From Hormiphora californensis (Eukaryota > Animalia > Ctenophora): DNA of 43,396 nt. The stretch covers positions 1-43,396 of the forward strand of contig WFME01000015.1 of the NCBI GenBank assembly GCA_020137815.1, given 5' to 3'. The notes beneath the pieces are model-generated. The model was given only the letters and a program-made list of their open reading frames with translations. It made no database searches and was not told the DNA's origin. Shown here in pieces: positions 32,865 through 43,396 of this stretch (position 1 is its first letter; each line of letters starts with the position of its first letter). Made by a program: the position numbers and the translations under genes.

Positions 32865-35337
32865 TCACCAGAAGGACTCGTCGTCAGAGTCACTATCATG
32901 TTCACTGTCATCACTGGCTCGATATTCATAATTGTCACGATTAAAATATTTGGATCCGCTAAAATGACAGTCTTCTGGGAGAATATCTGGTACCAACGTA
33001 TGGACACGCACACCCTCATAGTACTGTTGTTGGCAAAAATAACTGATAATGTTCGGCAGATAGTCATAACCAGTGTCCTTTAATGCATTGATCAGTTCAG
33101 TTATCGCGAGTATTAGGTCCCGAGGTGGCAGATTTAGGGTTTCAACAAGAAGAAATCTGTCAGATACCAACATCAACCACGCTGGATGCTTACTCCGAAT
33201 CGCAAACTCAATTAACCAATCATCGGACAGCTTAGAATCTTTAGACTGATTGTCCCTACTCATCGCCTGCACAAGATATTTGAACACTCCGTCAACCTGG
33301 TACATGGTTGCCCACGGCAACAACCACTCCCAGACCTCTTTCAGAGTCGCATACTCGTCAGCACCCTTTCCACCCTCACCCAGAATCAGCTTGAGGGCCT
33401 CCAAGATGCGCTGAGGGGCTGATGGAACGGTTATAGTTCGGGTTCGACCTTCCTCAAAACTTGAAGCCAACATGCTTTTCAGAATGGGAGATGACAGATC
33501 TTGTTCGGTAACCTCCACCCCTGGTGCCCCTTCCTCTCCAAGGATTCTCACCATCCCCTCCACTTGTAATCGCTTGGAAGGATGTAAGTGGTTAATCTGT
33601 TTCTCCACTATTGATTGCCCAAATTCTGTCTGTGCACTCTGGAAATACCGTACAAGACAGAGGAATAGTCGGAGAAGTAGCTCTGGAGGATCTGTCTCAT
33701 GCAGATCAATGATTTCACAGACAGAATGAACGAATGACTTAGAACCTTCTTCTTTAATTGGATAGTATGAAATACCAGCACCACAATAATAAGATACTGA
33801 TTTTGCCAGAAAGAATTCGGAAAGTTTCACCAGATAATCGTTCGGGGATGTTTCACGAAGATTGGACAGCATTGAGAGAATTGCCTCTTTACGACGTGTT
33901 CTCACAACGCCAAATTCCCCAAATTTCCTGAGATCAAGATTCTCTTCTATATTGCAAATCTCGCGAGTACCAACACCTTTTAGCACTGGGTGGGTGTAAA
34001 TATGCCAAAGTAACGATTGGCATGAAATAAATGACCCAAGACTCGATGTTGTTTGATAATGTGGTTTAAAATATTTGGTGACCCAGGTTCCATACTTTGC
34101 GAACAAATCCATGACAAGAGTGATTTGATCGTCAGTCAGAAAAACACGGAATACTGTGTCCTCAGCCAAGCCAATGACATCTCGCGTAACTTTGGCTACC
34201 ACTTCCTTGACTGATTGATCAGTGTCACAATCTAAGTCGCGAAGGGCTCTTAGGAATTTGATGATCACCTCATTGAGTCGTTTCTTCTGGGATTCCTTAG
34301 ACACACTTTTTTTTCCCTCTCTCAAGGAAGATAAAGAGGGCGTCACGTGAAGCATTCGCCCAGGAATGCGCCAATTCACCGGGTTTCGATATGAAAGAAG
34401 ACAGGGCCCGGTAAATGTTTTCGGCTATGGGAAATCCCTTCCGGTGAATGTTCTTAACTGCCTTGATAACATCATATGATCCGTTTTCAGCACTACTCTT
34501 TTTTAGGACGCTGACGAAGACCTTGTCTCTCTTCGCTTCAGCATTGTACTAATGCTGTATTGCTTGAGAACGTGTAGAGTTTGGCTAGTTACCTGGGGAT
34601 AAAGTACATATTTCCTCCACCAAATCACCAAGAGTTTTCTTCAACTTCCCCACAAATATATTGTCTCCTGTCAATAGCTGAGCACCTGTCTGGAAATACT
34701 TAACAAGATGTCACCATCAAGGCAATGGAGATTAGAGTTTAACTCAGCAACAGAGTTAAGCAAGGCCACAAATTCTTCCCGTTTCAGAATATCATATCCA
34801 AGTTACCTATCATTTTCCGCCCTCAATATAGATTAGTCTATCGTTTTTAGCAGAGTTTTCTTAGATGACATCTTTGATTCAATATAGTGAAACACTTCTT
34901 GAACAGCTGAGAGCGGAACAGAATTTCTGTAAGTGTTTTAAAGAAACTTCGAACATTTCGTGCTGTTAAGAAACCTCAAGGATTGTAGGTGCAGGCTGGA
35001 AGCGGCAGGAAATTGTTGATGACGAAAGACCGGTAGCATTCATTCCAGTAAATTTCATCACGCATCACAACCACTCATTTCGACCAAAATTTTAAGAAGA
35101 CTGTTAATACAGGGGGAGGAAGGTTCTTGCGGGAAATCAGGATGGGAATTGGTAAGGGAAAGTGGAGTCTTTTAGGTTCTGAATCATCTCCGAAACTTGC
35201 ATTTAGTCGAAAATGTCGTTAAGAACTTTCTGAATTGATTTGAGTCCCAGAGGTTTGGACTCTTGGTCGTAACTACGAAGATCCTCGCAATAGCTTTCGA
35301 TGCCTCGAGCACGGCGTTTGGCAGGTGGTTCAGTCAT
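32865..35337 (-). CDS. Gene C: paralogue with an N-terminal half equal to gene A and a unique C-terminal half including the BTB
   Basis: 35337-34230 matches gene A codons 1-~390 with indels. ORF 32865..34379 continues RDVIGLAEDTVFRVFLTDDQ...BTB...DSDDESFW cleanly. Confidence 0.8.
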
Positions 35338-36001
35338 GAACGACGTCCTACAAGGGGGAGAGAAAGTGAGTTAGAAAGCGTCTACAAAAAAGAGGGATAC
35401 TTTGCTCTTTCAAACTCGTCTTGCCATTTGGAAAGGATTTTTAAGGCACACGTAAAAGTTGTTGAGCCAGTCCAATGGGCTGGGGGCCACCGTCCGTGGT
35501 GGATGAAGGTGGTTTGCAGCTGATAGCTGCGGTGTTCTGCTCGTTTTCCGGAGCTGTATCAAACATTATTGGCAAACGCTGCTGGCCCCGACAGCGCGGG
35601 ATAAGGCAGCACTTTTCAACAACATTCAGGACAAGGAATGTTCTTGGCAAACGTTGCTGCCCCCGATAGCGGGATAGACAGTGCTTTTCAGGGAATTTTC
35701 AAAACAAAAATTGAAAAAAAAATTTTGTTTTGAAAAAAAATTCTAAAACGTAAACACTTTATTACATAATTAAGAATAAATTTTCTAGCGGAGAATATGA
35801 CCAAAATTGGATAAAAGGCTAAATACAATCTATACTTGTTTCAATTGCCATTGAAGCAAAGGGTCACCAAATCATTTACAACCTGTCACTACGTACACTC
35901 TTCAACGCATCAATGATCCAGCTGCTCTCAGCCACTCTCCTTGATACGCTTTCCCTTATCAGAGTGGAAGAAGTTGTAAGCTTTGCTTAAGATTGTAGAA
36001 A

Positions 36002-36642
36002 GGTAGCAGGTAAAGTCACCCACTTTTTGGCACATGACGGTACGTGCAGTAGCGCGCAATCGGAGCAACTTGCGCGCGATGACGCGCAGTGAATTTCAAA
36101 ATCCCGGCAAGTAAAAGTTTCAAATTTGAAATTTCAGAATTTCAACTCCACCAAAATTTTTCGTCTTGTGTTCGGTTTTCCGTTTTCGGTTTTGCGTTTG
36201 AACAGATGTCAAGTAGTCAAACTTAATACTTATTACAATTAAAAAAGTTGTTATGAAACTATGCGTAAGGTAACAAATCTTCGTTTCAGATATAACCCGA
36301 CGGCCTACATTGATTTAAGTGTGAAAATTGATTAAACCATAACCAAATAAATAAATGTTGATACTGTAATTGGTATCAATTGATTACCCTTTGGCCCTCT
36401 AATGTCAATAACATGGAACTACTAAACTAGTAAGTTTAAGTAACAGCTCGGTCAACCACGCCAGCATACATCCACACAGACACGCTCTAAAGCTGCCACT
36501 GTTGCCAAGATCTATCCACCCATCAACACCTGCTAAAGGGGCACTCATAAGTCTCATAGAGACTGAGGGACATAGTAGTTTGGGGTGTACTTTAGCGCAC
36601 GTACCGTCTTGTGCCAAAAAGTGGGTGACTTTACCTGCTACC
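36002..36642. mobile_element. Mirror copy of the 9-bp-TSD TIR element
   Basis: Reverse complement of 10402-11048. Confidence 0.8.
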
Positions 36643-36847
36643 TTGTAGAAATATAAGGAACTCTATAATTAAGAATAACAAAATTAGAATTATTTTTTGG
36701 CCATATTCTTAATTTTAGGTTCGCTGATTTGCAGTAGGGTAAATTAATTTTGGGCTCCGACAAAACAGGTGCCTTGTCCAGTTGGAATGCGCTGCAGCCC
36801 CCTCATGCGCAGCCCCCTCATGCACGCACCCCCGCAATATAAGGGGG

Positions 36848-39800
36848 CCTGTTTTCAGGGAGGCCACGACTGTGAAGGAGTGGCCAAAATCTTCTCCACC
36901 CTGTACACCATCACTCAGCCACTGACGGGATTTAACTGGACCTGCCACTCCTGTACCGAGAAGGGTAGTCTTGATCTAATGTCGAGGATACCTGTTATTC
37001 GGGGAAAGATGATCCCGTGGTAGTGCCATTGAAATTATCACCCCAGACGTTACTGAGAAGCTGTATCTGGCGAGGGCTCAAGCAGGGAATCATCTAAGGT
37101 CCCTTGTGCATTCCTGGCAGAAGGCTACTGCAGACACGGGATATCCGGTAAAAAGGAAGTGAATGGGGAACCTGCCGTTTTCTCCACCGTAAAGTTTGCA
37201 GGAAATTTACTGTACGGATCTCATTCCCGCCATGGCTGTAAGTCGGGTTCAAGTGCTCTAAACTCCACCCAAAACTATGTGAGGGCTACAGCGGAGAAAG
37301 AAGGAACGACAGTGCTTAAACCCTGATTGCCCGCATCTCCACCTAAAGGTACACGGAGGAAAGAGGAAAACCCGGAGAGGAAAGAACGTCAGGAATTGTT
37401 AGGACAACACGGCAACCTAACACCCACACCACTGACCAGAGAGAGAGAGAGTGCAGGATGACAACTCCCTCTTAGCGGCTCACCATTGCGACCAGTTTCG
37501 CAGCAAACCCTGGACATCTACAATCGGGTTTTCTGAGCATTGTCTTGAAGGAGGTCAGGAATGCAAGAGAAGTCACTGAGGCAAGCGGACAGAATGGAGA
37601 AATTCTCTCCCAGCTTGGCCCCACCCACAGCGAATCAATGCTGCACAACCAGCTGGCCCACCACTTACAAGCACACCCGCCGGTGCAGTACACCCTACCT
37701 ACAGGTACCCTCACTCAGGAGTACATCGTCAACTCCCGACCCAAAATACTGCCCTCTCAAGATTATCCTACTAAATGGGAGAAGTATTTCACCGGCTGCA
37801 GGGGGCAACACTCGGTGGAAACTCCCTTTCATCGGGCTGTTTTGTTAAACAACCCAAACTCCCCGCCGACAGTTGCCCTTGCAATAACGGAGTCATGGTT
37901 GAAAAACTACATTGCAGATGCCCAACAAAAATGCAAGGATACAGCACCTTCCGTTCTGACCGTCCTACCGGAAAGGAGGAGGTTGTGTTTTGTACATTCG
38001 TAGGACATCCCAATCAGCTACGCATACTCATTCAGTGACCGGGAATGCATCTGGTATGGCTTTTAGTAAAGCTAAAAACATGTTGTTTTTCATGTGTCTA
38101 CCGTCCCCCCGATTCATCTGACCAGTCCTTCATCACAGTTATGAATGATCTCCGATAAAATCGATCTCCTGTCCAATGAAAGGAGCCCTGAAATGTTTAT
38201 CATGGGCGATCTAAACTTGCCGTTGTTCAACTGGAAAGAAGAATCCTCTGCCGTCAGCTGCTGCTAACATAGCGGCTTATCAACGCACTGTGACCTTCAT
38301 TGAGGAAAATTTTCTAACTCAGGTCGTAGACAAACCAACCAGAAGAAGTAATACTCTGGATGTTATAATGACCAACTCACCCCAATACGTATCACTGTGA
38401 CAACTGAAGAGACAAAGATCTCTGACCACAGAATAGTTGACTGTACCCTGGTGATAAACCCCCTTATGAAGACAGTAGACACCATCAAAAAGTGGGCACC
38501 ACATGAGTTTTCGAGGGTTGGACATTCCAAAAGCAATTTTGAAGAAATGAATGTGGACATTGCTTCTGTTGATTGGGACAAACTGCAGACATTATGTGAA
38601 GAGTCTGGAGACCCTGTTGGTGACAATTCAAAGAACTTTTCATTCTAACTGTTCTGCAAATCACCATCAAGCACACCCCTCAGAAGATTCAGCGGAGAAA
38701 TTCAGCCCCCTGGAACCACTGAGAAGGAGAAGCGGAAGTTAAAGCAAGACTTGGAGCAATGTCTTCTGTCAACGTTACATCTCAAAAGCTGAGAACTCCA
38801 AGACGAACTCACAGCACTTGAGGACAGATACAACGCTGTAGATGAATCAATCAGAAGAAGGAACACAGCGCCATTAAGACGATCAAGGTCAACCCACGAT
38901 ATTTCTTTTCCTACGCAAAACGACTATCAAAAGTTAATCGAACATTGCCCCTCTCAAACGTGATGATGGAACACTCACCACAGACAACCACTGAAAAAGC
39001 GGAACTCCTGCAAAAACAGTACTGCCGTGCTTTCAGTGATCCAGACGGTGGAGACTTGTGAAAAGTCTTTCTTGGGTTGAGGATAGCAGTGCGATTTTGG
39101 AGGATTTCACATTTACGTCTGATGAATTAAGGAGCCCTCTCAGAACTTGATCCTGCTTCTGCCGGACCAGATGGTGACATCCCTGCTAAAATTCTCAGTG
39201 CTTGTAAAGCCACTCTTGCTGTACCACTCTTTCTTCTTGGGAGCGGTCCTTCGAGAAGGAATAACCCCCCAAACCTGAAAAGCAGTACACACACCAATCT
39301 TCAAGCGTGGTGACAAAACTCTTGCTGTTAACTACCGCCCTGTTTCACTGACTTCTAACTGTGCTAAAAACATTTGAACGAGTTGTACGAAACAAGTTGG
39401 TGATCACCTTGAAAGTAACAATCTTCTACCAGATAGCCACACGGGTTTAGGAAGCAACGAAGCTGCCTCACACAGTTACTTGATCACATGGACGGAATCT
39501 TTCGAGAGCTAAACAGCGGAACGAAGTCGATGTATCTATTTGGACTATTCCAAAGCCTTTGACCGTGTCAACCATGCTATTCTTCTTGCCAACTGGAAAG
39601 CAGGCATCAAGGGAAAGTACTTAATTGGATAAAAGACTTCCTTTCTGGTCGGTACCAAACAGTTACTGTTGACGGTGAAAATCGAACTTCGAGCTGGTCA
39701 AAGTGAGTCCCTCAAGGGACCGTACTCGGCCACTCCTCTTTATCATCTACGTAGCTGATCTCCAAGCCAAGTAATCCACAGCAAAATCAGAACCTTTGCG

Positions 39801-40782
39801 GATGATACCAAGCTCCAAAAGATGTCGACTCGGAAGAATCAGGGCAGAAATGCAAGAGATCTCCAGCGTGTGGTGGAGTGGTCTGCAGCCAACTGTATGA
39901 CACTTCATGAGGACAAGTTTGAGGTTATTCACTATACCTGAACAGAACATCCCTTCTCAGAGAACTGCCTTTCACCCATGACCTTAGCTCAATATGTGAC
40001 TCCAGGTGGAAATGAAATACAGCCAACGGATACAGTGAAAGACCTTGGCATCACTCTATCAACAATGGCTCTTGGACAGACCATGTCATGAGATCTCATC
40101 AGAAGCACGAAGGATGGCCGCCTGGGCACTGAGAGCTTTTAAGATAGGTCAGTAACCACTATGCTGACACTCTACAAGTCACTAATAGGTGTTAAAGTAG
40201 AATACTGCTCACCTTTATGGTCGCCCTACAAGATTGGTGACATCCAGCGCTGGAGAGTATCCAGAGACAGTTTACCCGAAGGATCGAAGACATGGCACAA
40301 CTGACTATTGGGAACGGCTGAAAAAGCTTAGACTGATGTCATTACAACGACGGAGGGAGCGATACTCGATAATACAAATGTGGAAAATCCATAACGGTGC
40401 AGCCCCTAACAGCACGAATACCCGGTTTTACCATCATCAACGGCTCGGCATCCGAGCCAAGTACCTACTCTTTACAGTGGAGCACAGAAGTCATTCTCAA
40501 CAAAATACTTCCACTCTTTTACTGTAAGGGCCGCTCGGCTATGGAACACATTGCCGAAAGAGGTTAATACAGCAGTGACCTAGATACGTTCAAGATCCTG
40601 CTGGGCCGTTGGCTGGACCACTTCCCTGACAATCCACCTGTGAAGGGTTATTCTACCCGGAACAACAATTCTATCATGGACTGGGTTTTGAGGTTTGAGC
40701 TAAGGGGGATGCTGAAAAGACTGACACCGGTTACGATTCTGTAATAAAGTTTATTTATCAAGTTATCAAGTTTTATCAAGCC
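36848..40782 (+). mobile_element. Mirror copy of LINE family 1 (indel-ridden)
   Basis: Reverse complement of 6198-10195; ORF2 is broken into many short ORFs. Confidence 0.85.
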
Positions 40783-41377
40783 TGCAACGTATGCACACTT
40801 GTCCAGATTCTGGAACAAGTCTTTCAACTTACTGGTGTCACTACCATTGCCATTCTCAACTAGTCATCAGATTGGCAGATCGGTCAACTGTGGCGCTGGC
40901 CAGGGCAGCTAGTGGTGGTAGCAGGCAGCAGCGGTATCAAGAACGGACGAATAGCTGCTCATTTCCTCTTTAACAACAGTCCTGGACAGCACTATCTACT
41001 CTCTAGCTGGGAATCCTTCATCGAGATGATCGAGTCTTTTAGTGCACTAATCTCTTCCTGAAGGGTGATCATTTGCCTGTCAACGTTCCAGAAGCTCGTC
41101 CTTGACGGTGTCGAGACGTGTTTCTGGTGATCTTGAACTGTTCCACTAGTTTCTGTCTTTCTCTCTAGACTCGTCAACTGCAGCAGTCCGCCTCTTCTAA
41201 CTCGAACTGTCTCCTGGCTACCTTTGACAAGGGCGAGCTCGGAACCAAAGAAGACCAGCCATGTCTGCAATCAATTAACCGTCTGATTAGTGTCAAGACT
41301 CGAGATGACGCCGGTTGTTATAATAGTATTAGGGTCAAACTCACCACCCTCCGACCTCCGTGTTGAGTCAGGGTAGA

Positions 41378-41945
41378 ATCAAATTCAAATTCATAAATTT
41401 GCTTAACAACCGGATATTTAAAAAAATAAACCTCCTAAAAAGAGTCATTACTCAGTACACTCAGCACAGCGGACTCATAACACACTAACACGCATCATGG
41501 ACCACCACTCTAGTATTGAGTTACTGTTTGCTTGAGCAGGATAACCGCTGATGGGTGGGTGTATCCGGAATGGTAGAGAGGAAACTACCTAGCTGAGATT
41601 TGAACTGATAAAGAGTTGGGGGCCTCCTTTACGATCGAAGCAAAGTGTTCCACAACCTTGCCCCCAGTACCCGCAAATGATTGTTCATATAGCGACAGTT
41701 AGATCGTTGAGCCTCGTACGAGTATCGAGGGACGACAGCACTAGGGCCAGAGCGGTGCCTGTCGACGAAACCATGTCAGTACTGTTGGGTATCTCATTGT
41801 TGTACACTTTCCACCAATAATCATAGTGACCTCTCACGTCGCGCGCTGAAGCGACAAAAGTCCCAGGGTTTGAAGTCGTTGCCAGTAGTTCAGCCCCTTG
41901 AGACCAACGATCTTACGGGTGTACGATCGTAGCCACCAACTTTTT
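41378..41945 (-). mobile_element. Mirror copy of LINE 3' fragment 5030-5598
   Basis: RSYTRKIVGLKGLNYWQRLQTLGLLSLQR in ORF 41834..42025. Confidence 0.8.
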
Positions 41946-43174
41946 CTCAAGTAGCTAGGATTGAGGTAGGCTCCAGCCGAATGAAGTCCGCTGTACTGCA
42001 TTATCGCCAGAACTGAATACGCCATGTTGAGAACGCTCGATCAGCCATCTGGAACTGATATGGGCAGTACAGATGTACTGGGTCAGGAACACTAGCAGCT
42101 GTACAAAGTTTGCAGAGAGCTGCGAGTCTCGAGATACAAAATAGATAAGCGATATGTGCAGACCCCAAGTGCGTGCGTTTCCACGGCTTCATATAGGCCA
42201 ACTTCATCGGCGAAGTAGCAGGTAAAGTCGGATTTTTTTTTAAACTGTCGCACCCCTGAAACAACAAAATGTGTCATATCTCCGATTCCTGATAAGATAG
42301 AGATTGAAATTTGTGGGTTCGGAAGAACTTAGCAGATCTTCGTAACCTCCAAATTTCAAGTTTCAATCTTATCAGGAACCGGACGGGGGGGGGGGGGGGG
42401 GCGGCTGAAGTTTTTGAAGTTTGAAGTTTTCCACCCTACTTTTTGAGTTTTTGAAGTTGACTTCAAAAACTTCAAAAACTCTACACTACTTTTTATAGCT
42501 ATCAGTGACTATTATTTCACTTGTTTAGGTTAGTTTCATCCTTAATACATATTGTGGCAAAGTTATTCGTCCTTGTCTGCCCTTTCTCCCACAAACTAGT
42601 ATACGTCGGACCCCGATTTACCGGGCCCCGATTTAACCGGAACCCCGATTTACCGAGAGGATAACTTCCCCCGATACGGAAAATAACGTTATTTGACCCC
42701 GATATACCGGGCACCCCGATTTACCAGCAAAACCCTTTCCCCCGAGGATCATCCTGGTAAATCGGGGTCCGACTGTATTTACAATGATTCCTATGAAATC
42801 CATGGCACAATTTGATGTAAAAATTTAAATTTTTTGTAAAAAACAGATATCATTTTCATTCTATAACTCAAAAAATGCCTAGAAAATGCTAAGAAAGTGT
42901 TTAAAAAATTGAAAGTAAATTTTCAAATTTTTTTTATATGAACACACGCGAGACCAGTTTGGAGGTCACCCAGTGCCCCCCACTCCAATCACATGATGCC
43001 GTGGACGGTGAAACCAGCCCTCAGGTTGGCACAGCCTTCTTCTTGTCTTAACATCCCCTTCATGGCCTCAAATCTCAGTTTTTGAGAAACACACAACAAG
43101 CTCAAAATGCTAGGCTCCAATTAGTTTAATTACAAAATACAAACAGACCAACTCGCAGTCAGCTATTCAATGAT

Positions 43175-43396
43175 CCGTCAAAGTCTGGGGACATCAAGTC
43201 AAGTTGAGAACGTCCAAAGTGTTTTTACCAGAAGACTTGATGGAATGCAGAATCTCGACTATTGGGAGAGATTAAAGTTCTCAACCTGATGTCTCTTCAC
43301 CGTAGGAGACAACGTACATGTTGATACATGTGTGGAAGACGATCCATGGGTTTGTTCCGAATTCTAGAAACCTTGTGTTCCAACAGTGCAAGGCTT
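43175..43396 (+). mobile_element. Mirror copy (partial) of LINE fragment 3552-3775
   Basis: atgcagaatctcgactattgggagagatta... is the reverse complement of ~3680-3706. Confidence 0.8.

Larger units (their letters stand above)
3552..43396. repeat. Giant inverted repeat (arms ~18 kb and ~21.5 kb, centre ~21.8 kb); probable fold-back read/assembly artefact
   Basis: Every feature from 3552 to 21.7 kb recurs in reverse complement (43395 pairs with ~3552; ~24176 with ~19521). The right arm has deletion-biased 1-bp errors and one extra ~3.46-kb gene unit. Confidence 0.95.

Noticed and set aside
24190-43396. Right-arm frameshifts as genuine pseudogenisation
   Set aside because: Deletion-biased 1-bp errors occur only where the arm duplicates the left arm, which fits unpolished long-read error.

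Overview
Eukaryotic, repeat-rich DNA from an invertebrate animal. The CR1-like LINE families look ctenophore-like, but that is an inference. Positions ~3552-43396 form one giant inverted repeat folding at ~21.8 kb inside a 1089-bp-unit satellite built from a TIR element. The right arm is full of 1-bp indels exactly where it duplicates the left arm and is clean where it is unique. This suggests a fold-back long-read artefact that joined two different haplotypes of one locus. The locus holds a tandem array of intronless ~780-820 aa genes: an N-terminal NLS, a long helical ARM/HEAT-like region, a degenerate C-terminal BTB/POZ domain and an acidic tail. The left arm has two full copies (A, B) plus a truncated one; the right arm has three (C, D, E) plus the truncated one. 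Gene A is an in-frame chimera of C and D joined in a 47-bp identity. B and E occupy the same position but differ heavily in patches of the helical region, while the BTB-coding DNA is homogenised. This is a candidate diversifying CUL3-adaptor (immune-like) family. Each copy has a splice acceptor just before its ATG, compatible with trans-splicing or an operon. Two different CR1-like LINEs both have an ATG-less ORF2 overlapping ORF1 in the -1 frame at a slippery heptamer, suggesting programmed -1 frameshifting. The remainder is MITEs, TIR elements and LINE fragments.
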